Source: Lama glama (lineage: Eukaryota). From it: a stretch of 64,000 bases of DNA. The position numbers and the translations under genes were made by a program. Under the pieces are notes generated by a model, which saw nothing but the letters and a program-made list of their open reading frames with translations, ran no database searches and was not told the DNA's origin. The stretch lies in assembly GCA_028534125.1 (NCBI GenBank), contig CM052817.1, positions 52,268,001 to 52,332,000 of the forward strand, given 5' to 3'. Positions 14,040 through 25,827 of the stretch are shown in pieces. The first letter of the stretch is position 1; the number at the start of each line of letters is the position of its first letter.

Positions 14040-15380
14040 GTTATATAAATTGGTATCAACTAGAATTCTTCCATTTTCTTCACCACTCATTGCATTCCCC
14101 TCATTAGCCAGCAACTTCATTAGCTCTGTTTCCAAAATACCTTCCAAATCTGCCCACATTGTTACATCACTACCATCACCAACAAAGTTCAAGGCAACAT
14201 CTTTCTCTTTGACTGTTGTATATCCTCCTACATGACCTCTATGCATCTACTTTTGCTTTCTCTTAACCATTTACCAAATAGGTGATCTTTTCACAAGGAA
14301 AATTAGATCTTGCACACCCCTGTTTAAAACCTCTTAATAGTTTCTCATGCCATTTAGAAGAAAATCTAAATTCCTAACCACAGCACACAAGGTACTATGT
14401 GATCTTCTGTTGCCTACTTTATTTTGTCTATTCCTTACTATGCTCCAGTCACACTGGTCTTATTTTTCTTTCTAAATTCTCCAATCCTTTTGTTACTGAG
14501 AGGAGAGGAATAAGTTATCTTGGTTCTTAGTCACCTGAAAAAAATGAATTTCTAACAGGAGATGGAGAGCGTGATATAAATAGATTTTATTAGTGAAGTA
14601 AAAGGCAGTAAAATATAGTACACCCCTGAGAACTGGGAGCGGGCCAATCCAAGAGAGGAAAATGGCGCCACTCCTTTGTTTTTCCTGTTTTTATATCCGG
14701 GTTTAGGGGAAGTTTTGGTGATTGACAGCTCATATTCCTTGTGCTCAGGCACGCATATCTCTTTTTACACATTTTTACTCATGATGCACACAGAGAAACC
14801 TACAGGAGGGGGCTCAAACTGCAATGTTAATTATATTATAATGAGCATTGGGTCAAGTAAGCCAGCTCCTTCTCTCTACTGTGCAGCCACTGCGTTCAAT
14901 TCTAGCCAACTTCTTTGCTGGCCCTCATTTAGTGAAAGTAAACATTTTTGGAGCCCCTTATCCTGAGTGCAGGTGTACTGTTATTTTCTGGGTTTCTCTC
15001 TCCCCTTCCTCTCCCCTTAGCTGATGCTCATTTCTATCTAACTGCCTAACACTTCTGTAGGGAGAGTGTCTTTTTTTTGCTGTTGCCAGTATCTAAATGG
15101 TCTCCACTGGCTCTTTAAAGGGCTGATACCTTAGGGTCTCAGATCTTTGCCATCTTGTCAGTGAGGTTTCTCCTGCCCACTCAGATACCGCCTCTCAGGA
15201 CATCTTTTTTGTTTGCTTCTAGGAGCTTATCAGTAACAGAATAGATACTGCTAATTTATTTCCTTATTTGTCTACTATGTAAGGTGTGTAAGGCAAATTT
15301 TCATTAGCTCAGTGCCTATATCATTATCTTGGAAGTAGAATGTATTCCATAAATATTTATTGAACTAATTAATTAATGTC
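14040..15380 (+). mobile_element. L2 LINE split by an ERV1 LTR
   Basis: cccctgtttaaaacctcttaatagtttctcatgccatttagaagaaaatctaaattcct, ccttactatgctccagtcacactgg; terminus taaatatttattgaactaatt. Confidence 0.8.
14491..15051 (-). mobile_element. Solo ERV1-type LTR
   Basis: TG...CA termini (tgttactg...cctaaca); 4-bp TSD cttt/cttc; reverse AATAAA near 14587 and reverse TATA near 14690; CpG-richer than the flanks. Confidence 0.88.
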
Positions 15381-15494
15381 TGCATTTATTTGCCATACTA
15401 TGTATTTTATTTCCTTATATATGATTTTTAAATTTCAACTTGTATTGTTACTACCAAACTTGTCCCTCCCAACACCAATTAAAATTACTGAAAA

Positions 15495-16405
15495 CGATAC
15501 TACAAATCAACAATGAAAAAAGAGATAACTCAATTAAAAATGGGCAAGTTGGTAAGTAGAAATTCTCTGCAAAGAAGACATATAGATGATCAACAAGCCC
15601 AGGAAGGGATGTTCAACGTCATTACTCCTTAAAGGAATGCAAATCAAAGCCACAGTGAGATACCATTGCACACACACTAGGATGGCTATAATCAAAAAGA
15701 CATGTAACAACAAATGTTGGCAAGAATGTTGAGAAAATGGAACATTCATAAACTATTGGCAAAGTAAAATGCTGTAGCCATAATAGAAAACATTTTTTTT
15801 CTCACAATGTTAATAGAGTTACCATATGACACAGCATTTCCACTTACAGTTATATACTAAAAAGAAATGAAAATACATTTCTACAAAATCTTGTATATGA
15901 GTATTCAAGGCAGCATTATTCATAGTAGCCAAAAAGTGGAAACAAAACATAAAATGATGAATGAATAAACAGAGAATGATATATACATTCAATAGAATTT
16001 TTTTTTAACAATACAAAGGAATGAAGTACTGATGCATGCTATATATAATAGGAAAGACATTTGAAACCATTATTTAATGAAGGAAGCCAGTCACAAAAGA
16101 CCACATATGGCATGATTTCATTTACTTAAAATGTGCCAAACAGGCAAATCAAAAAAGACAAAAAATAGATTAATAGTTTTCAGAGTCTAGGGGGAAAGGA
16201 AAATGGGCAGTGACTGGTAATGTGTATGAAATTTCTTTTTGTGGTGATAAAAAGCTCCCTAAAATAAGACAGAAGTGGTGTTAGTACAACTTTGTGAATA
16301 TACTAAAAAACAGTACATTTTACTTTAAAAGGGTGAATTTTGTAGTTTGCGAATTATGTATCAAAAATGCTATAAGTAATCAGATTTCTTTAAAAAGAAA
16401 AAAAA
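15495..16405 (+). mobile_element. L1MB-like ORF2 end plus 3' UTR
   Basis: aaagaagacatatagatg, cacagtgagataccattgcacacacactaggatggctataatcaaaaagac, aatgaagtactgatgcatgcta, actttaaaagggtgaatttt; A-rich tail. Confidence 0.92.
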
Positions 16406-16899
16406 TGAAGGATATAAGGTCCATCTTGTTTTTTTCAGCGTAACTAAGATAATCTGATAATTTAAATAAAATAAAAAATGAAACCAATAAACAAAGTAAG
16501 CTAGATCTTTACTAAATTATAGAGTGAGCAAAAGATTCAAAGGAAAATGAAAAATTTGCAACATTCCATTTGCAAAAGATTTCAGTACTATTATAGCTAA
16601 GGTTTCTATGCTATTCCCTTTCTTATCTTGTAAATTAACTAACTATATGGCAACTGCAGAAGCCTGCTACTGCATCTGGATTCCTTGGTTTATTGGATCC
16701 AGAAACACTTAACTTCTTGACATACTGGCTTTTCTAGGCCAAATCAAAAACCAAGCCAAACAAACATTCAACTTCTACCAAGGATCCTTCTATAAATTAC
16801 TCTTTCCTGTCTTAAGATAAGGCACATTTGAGATTAATAAAACAGTAATAGTGTCCGAGAAAATGAAGATCTCACCATTAAAGCAATATCCTCTTTAAT

Positions 16900-17155
16900 C
16901 ATTATAATAAGCAATTAAAATTACATATTAATATTTGTTTCATGTTTATTTTGAGTTTTAGAATATTCTAAACAATCTACTTGTATTTTCTCACTTAATC
17001 TTCAAAAGAATTCAGTGAGTTCACTATTATAATCTCTATTTAAAAAATAGGATGCACAAAGAGAATAAAAAAATTACTAAGGTAACATAATTAGTAAATG
17101 ACAGAACAAGGTTGTGAACTTACAGCATCTGACTCATAGCATCATGCCATTATAT
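16900..17155 (-). mobile_element. MIR SINE
   Basis: tctcacttaatcttcaaaagaattcagtgag...aaggtaacataattagtaaatgacagaacaagg...catctgactc. Confidence 0.7.
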
Positions 17156-17241
17156 TTCCCATGTGCACATAACTAATAATGTTCTGTATGGTGAATATAA
17201 CATTCATTCAATGAGAATTACACACTGATTAGATGTGGGAT

Positions 17242-17260
17242 ATGGCCCTCTAGTGGGACA
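17242..17260 (-). promoter_or_regulatory. CTCF motif (predicted)
   Basis: Minus strand reads tcCCACTAGAGGGCCAt, matching the CTCF core CCASYAGRKGGC. Confidence 0.55.
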
Positions 17261-20200
17261 TTTACTCACTAGGTCTGGATGCTTCAGTTTTGTTGGCCAA
17301 CATGTGTCTTTTGCATTACTGACTCCATCTCTACAAAACAAGAGGAGCTAAGATCAGTCATTAGGTTTAAATAAATTATTTAAAAATAGCATGATTCTTT
17401 GCATTTCATTCTCTATATGGAATCATCTAGACTCTTGCTACAAGGTAATAAAAAGTAGGGCACCATGAATATCAACGGGCATGGAGTAGCCCATGTTTCA
17501 AGATAAGGACAGAAGAGTTTCCCCATATACCATCCTTTGTATAACTACTATAAATGAAGTTGGTGACCAATTAAAAACTGGGTGTGTCCCTTATATGTAC
17601 TCGAGGGTGTGTTTGCAGTTTGGGAAAGTGGATTACTTTGCTTGATTGAGCTTTCTTTGAATATGTTTTTCAGCTTCTATTTCTTAAAGGACACTACATT
17701 TTACAGTTATTTAGATCCCATTTGTTTGCTTAAAGTATTATTGTCTTAAGGATTCTGATAATTGTACCTTCTCCATCTGACAGCCTTCCCCTTATGATAT
17801 CCGGTTAAAAAAAAAAAAAACCCTATTTTGCCCTCTGTAGAAAAATGCACCTTCCAAGTTCAAAAATATTTAAAACTTAAATTATGCATATAAGTAATCA
17901 GTTTATAAAATCTGATGTGGGGGATACAATAGTCCTTGTAGAGACCATAGGGTTAAGTGTTCATCTATTTCTTAGAAGAGATCAATGTCTGGAATTAAGA
18001 ATGCATGTAAATTAACCTTTAAATTGTACTCTGCAATTCGAAAGAACTTAGAAACCATAGTGTCAATATAATTTTATAACTTAAGGCACATATCTAATTT
18101 CTAACAAACTACTTTTGAATGTTTTATAATAAGCTGTATTTGTCATATTAAATCACAAAAATATTCCTCATAGATTAGGTAAGTACTAAATTTATTACTT
18201 ATGGTAAAATTAAAATGGGCTAAAGTTTACTGTGATAAGAAGAAAAATTTCCTAAGAAGTTGGGAACATGTATAGAAAGTTTACCTATGAATATACAGAA
18301 TACAAATAAAAGCTAGCATTTTTTCAAGGGTAAATATCTCAAATCTGAGATACTACATTTTCATGGCTAAATTTTCTAATTGATTTATGTAAAATTAAAT
18401 TTTTTAAAATGGATTGGAGTAGAAACAATTTGAACTTTGTGCTTTTAAACAGTAAATTAGACATCATTATAGATTCCTCATTTTAAATTTGCCTGAAGGA
18501 TGATTACAATTTAGGATGGTTTATGATAGGAACCAGAATTAAAAGTAAAAAATAAATTGATATAATACAGACATATTGGGATATTGAATGGAATTCTACT
18601 TGGCATATTAAATCATTTTAAAATAAGAATTTTTTGTCCTGCTTTATCAGAGGAATCCATTCCATACACAAATCACACTCCTGCATTTCACTTTCCTACT
18701 ATCATCCTAACTCATGAAAAATGCCTAATTATTTTCAAGCATTTAATAACTTCTCAATAATAAAAAGAAATAATTTTTATGGAACACTAACACACTGATC
18801 TAAGAGTACTTCCCTTCTGTACTGCTCTTTTAATAACACTTTGTGGCAGGTCGTATCTGCTAAATCAACTTCTGGATGGGTAGAGACAACATAAGGAATT
18901 TGTTGAGAGACACCTTGTCTCAGTGTCAGTGTGGTGCACACCATTAATTTGATAGGGAAGGTGTCTTGCCCTTTTTACTCTGATAAGTTTCAGAGTGTCA
19001 GTGACATACATCATAGTTTTCCATTAGAGAGACAAAAAAAAAAAAAAAAAGAAAGGCTACAGATTAGAAATTTATATTTTATCCCACAGATTATTGGAAG
19101 TGCTTGAATGTCCTTGAAATGTATAAGTTATGTCTTGCCTTTAAACTAGACATTTTTAAGGCTTCATTAATGAAATTAATAGTAGAGTGTTAAATAAAGC
19201 CCAATAAAAATTTCACTTGAATAGATGCATAGGTTTCCCAATTACCAATTTTATTTGACCAGATGCATTCAATTAGTTTGGATTCCCTCTGAACAAACTC
19301 TGAACATTATCTACAACTTTCGAACAGGAAGATCTGTAATGAATGCTTTCATTCTGGAGAAGCTGAAGTAGAATTAATGGGGTTATATACTTATTTGTAT
19401 AACCAGAGAAATTAGCAGCAAAATCAACAATCATAAGAATTCAGAATTACCTTAATTAAAACAAACTATTTCACAAAAATGACTAACACTGTTTACAAAA
19501 ATATGGTTTGGCTATTAAATTTTTAATAACAGAATATTATATAACCAGAGTTATAGGCAGACAATGCATTACCTATAATATCACCTGTTTCAAGTGTTAG
19601 TATAAAATGGAATAAAAATAATTGCATGTACATTTAATTTATTCATTGTATGCTTCCTATAGCTTCCGGCTTCTTTTGCCTACCTTCTTCTCATTATTGA
19701 CAAGTTAAGTAATCTACATAGACTGCATGCAGATTTCTCATTTTCAGTTTAATTCTCAATCTATTATTATTCATTCAAATTACACTATAATGAAGTTCTT
19801 TCAAAAGTCAACTGACAACTAACTGTTGACCAATTTTGAAAATTCTACTTTCTTTCTTTCTTTTTTTTAATCTACACTTAAATTTCTCAGGGTCCTTGCT
19901 GTAGACCCCCTAATGATTTTTTCCTTCAAATTTCTTTGGGAAAAAAAATCTCTTTACCTTTAATTCTTATGCATGCAATAGAAAACAAAAAAGAGATTAA
20001 AAAAAAGAAAATTAAAAAACTACTGAAACACACTCAAAAAACAATCAACTAACTCCAGTAGGACTCTCTTGGGTAGCTATATTTTGTTACACATTTCATT
20101 GTTGTTAATTTAGAATACATACACTAAAAATTAAAAAGTCAAACTCTTATAATTTTATCCGTCACTGAGAACCAATGTAAATCTTTGAATGTTAATGCAG

Positions 20201-20479
20201 TAATACTTTTAGTGTGATATTTATCATGCTGTATTCTAATTTTTTACAATTTTTACTGTAACACCAGAGATGAGAGTCTCCATGTTGAAGATTCCTTTTC
20301 TTGCATTTCTCCAATATGTATTACCAAATCTGGAACACTATGCTAAGTATATATTTTATTAAAAAAAAACATGAAAAAAAGAATACATAGATTTTGTCCA
20401 TTTATCAGGCTTTAAGTAGTATTTATATTCCTATGACCCACAAGTTTAATTTTTAATCTTTATCATCAGAAATTCAAAA

Positions 20480-20845
20480 TCACATTCTCACTGTCAATTC
20501 ATTATGAATACAATTTGCAGGAAAATCAAATTCACCAGGTCCAAATCCAAGTTTACCTATTTAAAAAATAGGACATGTTTTATATATTGTCATGGTAAAC
20601 TACCTTGTATTCTAAGTGGAAAATCTGAAAACATAGCTTTGATTCCATAATTTTCCATCCCATCTTCTAAGACAATAGTTATTCTTCAGTGACACCTCTG
20701 AAATCTGGTATTACTCTCCATGACCACTATTTTGTCATTAGTTTCAACTTTATTTCTCTTTTATCTAGATAAGTATAATGATGTAGAAAAATTTCCTCAT
20801 TTCTATTCTCTCCTATTTTAAATCCCTCCTCTACCATGCGCCCAC
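20480..20845 (+). mobile_element. Degraded L2 fragment
   Basis: cacctctgaaatctggtattactctccatgaccacta...aatccctcctctacc is L2-like. Confidence 0.5.
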
Positions 20846-21245
20846 TGTTGCTTTCATAATATAGGCATATTGGGCATAGCTAAGTACTATATTTCCCCTT
20901 ATTCTTGCTGCATGAATAGTTCTATGTAAGTAGTTCTGCTCATGGGATGTGAAAGGAAATGGTGTATTCCAATTTTTGAATGAGACTCAAAAAGGTTGCA
21001 CATGATCTCCCATTTCTTTTTTCTCTGCCTCATTCAAAATATTGGAAAGGAAGGAATGCAAGATTTTAGAGAGACTATATTGGTACCTAGATCCTTGTGT
21101 CAGCAGTCTCAGAAGGGATATATAAGTAGGGCTGGAGGACATTGGACCCTTATTTAGACAGTGCCATGAGCAGTAAACTTTATTGAGTTAAGTCACTGAG
21201 AACTGTGGGTTTATCTATTATGCCAACATAGTTTAGAGTATCCTG
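20846..21245 (+). mobile_element. MLT1(I/J)-like MaLR LTR
   Basis: agttctgctcatgggatgtgaaaggaaatggtg...gtaaacttttattgagttaagtcactgagaactgtgggtttatct. Confidence 0.75.
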
Positions 21246-22230
21246 GGAGAAAACGGTATTAGAATAAGGTGTTTGATACAGCCATTATGGAAAACAGTAT
21301 GGAGATTCCTCAAAAAACTAAAAGTAGACTTACCATATGATCCAGCAATCCCACTCCTGGGCATATATACAGAGGGAACTCTAATTTGAAATGATACATG
21401 CACCCCAATGTTCATAGCAGCACTATATGCAATAGCCAAGACATGGAAACAACCTAAATGTCCATTGACAGATGACTGGATAAAGAAGCTATGGTATATT
21501 TATACAATGGAATACTACTCAGCCATAAAAAAGAATAAAATAATGCCACTTGCAGCAATATGGATGCACCTAGAGATGGTGAAGTAAGCCAGGAGGAGAA
21601 AGAAAAATACCATATCACTCATATGTGGAGTCTAAAAAAAGGAAAAAAAGGAGGACATGAATGAACTTATTTACAAAAAAGAAAGAGACTTGCAGACATA
21701 GTAAACAGTCTTATGGTTATTGGGGGAAAGAGAGTGGGAAGGGATACATTTGGAAGTTTGAGATTTGCAAATGTCAGTCATTATATACAAAAATAGATTA
21801 AAAAAAGAATAAGGGTGCTATTTTGACCAAACACTAAAATATTTAGCATTAGTTTAGCATTTAGGTAGTGGGTGCCTAGGAAAAAAACACCAGATGTTAG
21901 AAACTTTGTGAATCCATGTTATACAGTGGTAAAACATTTGTTAAAACCATCATCTACAATAATTTTAGAGGCAGAAACGTGTGCTTGACAGATCTAAGAG
22001 AAGAGTTAGAAATAGAACTTTTAAGGAGTGTGTCCTGGCTACTAATAACTGTTTTGGCAAGAGGTTGCTACAGAAGGACAGGCTCAGGAATGCATTGACT
22101 GGTTAGAATGAGTTTAAAAGTTTAATACTTTGCAAGACTAGAAAAAATTCTCTTTTCCACAGTGAGAAATAGAATTGAAGAGAGTTTTTCAGTAACAAAG
22201 ATCTAGTAAAAGTTAACAGTTGAATAAGTG
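21246..22230 (+). mobile_element. MLT1 internal sequence, interrupted by L1 at 21272-21805
   Basis: Follows the LTR directly: ggtattagaataagg|gtgctattttgaccaaacactaaaatatttagcattag...ccatgttatacagtggtaaaacatttgttaaaac resembles the MLT1-int start. Confidence 0.6.
21272..21805 (+). mobile_element. Young camelid-type L1, 5'- and 3'-truncated, with TSD
   Basis: ttaccatatgatccagcaatcccactcctgggcatatat, gatacatgcaccccaatgttcatagcagcac, gagatttgcaaatg; TSD agaataagg at 21261 and 21806. Confidence 0.93.
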
Positions 22231-22665
22231 ACTTGGAGTAAGATTTTAATTCAATTTGGCTTTTCAGTGTACCCTATTACCCCAAACTACAGACACAGTG
22301 AATCATTTGATCTTCTGAAATCTACCTCACTATTTCATGCCTACATGTATTTTTTACTGTAAAATCTCTTTTGTCTTTATCCTCTTTTTCCAACCAGATA
22401 AAATTTGAGACATCCTCCAAAAACAAATTTAAGTGTCATATCAAATATAATGCCTTTTATTCTGTGTTTGATTATCAAGCACTTGCTGTAGGGACCACAT
22501 ATTTCTTATTTTTCATTGTGCCCAACTTTTCCTCCTGACCAAGAACTTTTTAGCTCTTTTGTAGAGTGATTTTCTCCTTGAAGACTACATACCAGACTAG
22601 TTGGCTCTTTCTGACTCAGCATCTCCTCCAAGTTGAGCTTTCTGTAGCATCTCCTTAACAAAGGT

Positions 22666-23165
22666 NNNNNNNNNNNNNNNNNNNNNNNNNNNNNNNNNNN
22701 NNNNNNNNNNNNNNNNNNNNNNNNNNNNNNNNNNNNNNNNNNNNNNNNNNNNNNNNNNNNNNNNNNNNNNNNNNNNNNNNNNNNNNNNNNNNNNNNNNNN
22801 NNNNNNNNNNNNNNNNNNNNNNNNNNNNNNNNNNNNNNNNNNNNNNNNNNNNNNNNNNNNNNNNNNNNNNNNNNNNNNNNNNNNNNNNNNNNNNNNNNNN
22901 NNNNNNNNNNNNNNNNNNNNNNNNNNNNNNNNNNNNNNNNNNNNNNNNNNNNNNNNNNNNNNNNNNNNNNNNNNNNNNNNNNNNNNNNNNNNNNNNNNNN
23001 NNNNNNNNNNNNNNNNNNNNNNNNNNNNNNNNNNNNNNNNNNNNNNNNNNNNNNNNNNNNNNNNNNNNNNNNNNNNNNNNNNNNNNNNNNNNNNNNNNNN
23101 NNNNNNNNNNNNNNNNNNNNNNNNNNNNNNNNNNNNNNNNNNNNNNNNNNNNNNNNNNNNNNNNN
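22666..23165. other. Assembly gap (500 N)
   Basis: Run of exactly 500 N. Confidence 0.99.
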
Positions 23166-23199
23166 AAAATTTTGAAAGATAAAATATACTTGATAAACC

Positions 23200-23670
23200 A
23201 ATTAAGATTAAAGTGGACAAAAGAAACATGAAAAGTAAATTCAATGGGTGATCTTGGATAAGAAATAGTCCAAGAGGGAAACTTTGGGCAAAACTGGCAA
23301 AATGTGAGTAAAGTTGTATTTTGGATTATAGTATTGCATCAATGCCAAATTTTCTGATTTTGATAGTTGCATTATATTTATATAAATGTTTTTATCTTAA
23401 ACACACGTTGAAGTATTTAAGAGAAAGGTGTCATGATGTTTGCAAGTTATTCTCAAGTGGTTCTGATACACATATGTATATCTATATTTATATATGTATG
23501 TATACATGTACAAATGTATATGAGAGACAATGAGAGAGAGCCTGAGAATAACTCACATGCAGCAAAATATTTAGAAGAGGCAAATCTCAGTGAAGAATAT
23601 TCAGGAGTTCTTTGTACTATGTAAATTTCTCTAAGATTAAGCTTGTTTCAAATTTTAAAAATTTTAAAAC
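23200..23670 (+). mobile_element. Old L1 (L1MC/ME-like) 3' UTR
   Basis: tatagtattgcatcaatgccaaattttctgattttgatagttg, tgaagtatttaagagaaaggtgtcatgatgtttgcaagttattctcaagtggttc. Confidence 0.85.
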
Positions 23671-23936
23671 TTTAATTATTTCTCTTTTTAGTTTCAGGGT
23701 ATTATAATTTTGAGACTCAACTAGCGCCATTTGAGGAAGACAGAAAAAAGGCAAGGAATTTATGAATTCAATAACAACAAAAACAACAACTACAAAGAGG
23801 ATTAGCACTTTAACTAAACAATTGGTAGTATAATTTAAGATAAATACTATTGCTTGTCTGGTTACTTTTGTTACTGAAATGCTTTACTCATTTTTTATGT
23901 ACAGAAAGACATTTTAAGTTAGTGAAAAGCAGTTAA

Positions 23937-23961
23937 TGATGATGATGATGATGATAATAAT
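23937..23961. repeat. (GAT)n microsatellite
   Basis: tgatgatgatgatgatgataataat. Confidence 0.8.
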
Positions 23962-25827
23962 GTCTTGTCCAGCAGCAGTAGTGGAATTCAGTGAGATAGA
24001 AGGGTGTGTGGCTAAGGATTTCAAAATCCTCTTTCCAATGTACAAATTGCCTAGAGGAAATCATGTCACACTAAAATTTCTAGAATGCCATTAATGAGAG
24101 CTGTGCACATTTCATGTTTAATGTATTAGTAAATATGCTTTATAAACAATGTTTGTATCTCTTAAAATAGACTACGGTTTTATTCTATTCTAGGTAAAAG
24201 TATCAAACAGTTTGTAAAATACTGTTTCTCTAAAATATTCTCTACATTCTGGCCTATGTTAAAAAAAAACAAAAATAAGTAAAAAATTAATTAATCAATG
24301 AATATAATACACTAAAATTCTCAAGCAAAATGTAAGAGATAAAAATGATTATCAATTTTAGTTAAAAAAATGGTATTACATGCCAATCTCTCCCTCTCTT
24401 TTAATGTATGTGTTTTCATCTTCATGATTCAGAAATTAGTGTTTGCTGAACTATAATTGCCCATATAAAGTAATAGACTGAGGTGGAAAATTGACAATCA
24501 TCATGCTAATTAAATCAATTAAATCAAATACTTCAATATTCTCTTCTCATTCATATTAAATAGTATCTGAATTATTCAGTTGATTGACAGCATTAGTCAA
24601 GTCATTGAGGGAAATTTCATTTTGACAACCTAACCCAAAATATCCCATATGTGATGTGGACATACTCAGTTCCACTCCATGAAAATACCGTGTTCTGTTT
24701 TCTGGTACAATGTTAGACAGAACCTGATCAGCGTGCACTTAAGCACTGCAAAGTTAAGCTCACAGTACTTTTTTGTCATATGAGTGATGGGAAATGCCTA
24801 ACACCAGCTGTCTTTTCAGCTGTGACCTGCCATCTAGCCTGTCAAATGGCTCAATCAAAAAATCAGTATGATGTGCTTGTCCCTTTACTGAGAAAAATGC
24901 CTGAAGTCATGAAGTTTTGTATTCCTCTCTGGTGGTTCACATAAAGCTGTTTTCATACAGTATTTTCTTTTCTTACTCATCTTAGCTAATGGCAGATTTA
25001 TATAAGGCTTATTCTGATAGTTACTAGACACTTTTCAGAGTTTTCTTGATGTATTTGTTAGTGGACTCATTATATTATCTGACAGATGGCACTAAATTAT
25101 CAAAGGGTCCTGTTTCTTATTGAGCCTATTGTTTGCTAGGTCTATTTAGTTTTAGTATTCAGGTCTAAGAGATATGCAAAGCAAAACAAAAGAAAACACT
25201 TTGGTTTCTTGTTAATTTCAAATCCTGAGACAACTCTGTAAAAACAAATGTAAAATCTCAAAATTGGCATAGTGAAGGTGACCATCCCACAGATACTACA
25301 CTGTGTACTTACTTTTTCAGGACCTCCATAAAAAGACATGTATTTCCTCTGCCACTTACATTTTTACTACCATTTTATAAGCAATTCATCAGCAGAATGA
25401 AAAATGAATGACTGCCATGTTTTTCTGATATTATATGCTTAATGTTATGAATTAGGAAAGGAGTCTATTTTAACTCATATTGATAGGGACATGGAAAGTT
25501 AAGAACCATTATATCCATATGAAAAACTGCAACAGAACTGAATATTTTGAATTCAATTATTGAATTAAATGAGCAAATGGATCCAATTCAAGTCAAATTT
25601 CTCTAACACTTTCACCTCTGAATCAGTAGAAGCTGATTCAGATCAGTGGTTTATCAAATTTCCTCCTCCTATGGAACTCAAAAAAATTTAAAAGAAAGAT
25701 TTTTTTTTTTGGCCACTTACCCAGAGATTTAGATCCTGTAGGCATTGTATTAACCAATGTTTCTGTTTTTTCTATTCCAGGTACATGGAGATTTATACTT
25801 TTTAACCCAGTTAAAGTTATGTGATAC

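Noticed and set aside
15534..15749. Hydrophobic short ORFs here and at 21233, 27608-28105, 60236 and 61012
   Set aside because: Frames within decayed L1 sequence
16668..16705. tactgcatc...attggat resembling miR-217
   Set aside because: Only partial similarity; the mature sequence and precursor do not match
22506..23244. The two longest ORFs (231 and 215 aa)
   Set aside because: Artefacts of translating through the 500-N gap
24788..24822. PTF1A-RBPJ composite site (E-box plus TC-box)
   Set aside because: Spacers of 10 and 22 nt do not fit the helical-turn spacing I recall for PTF1 sites
25760..25790. Recursive splice site (pyrimidine tract plus CAG|GT)
   Set aside because: The regenerated donor GTACAT is weak compared with GTRAG
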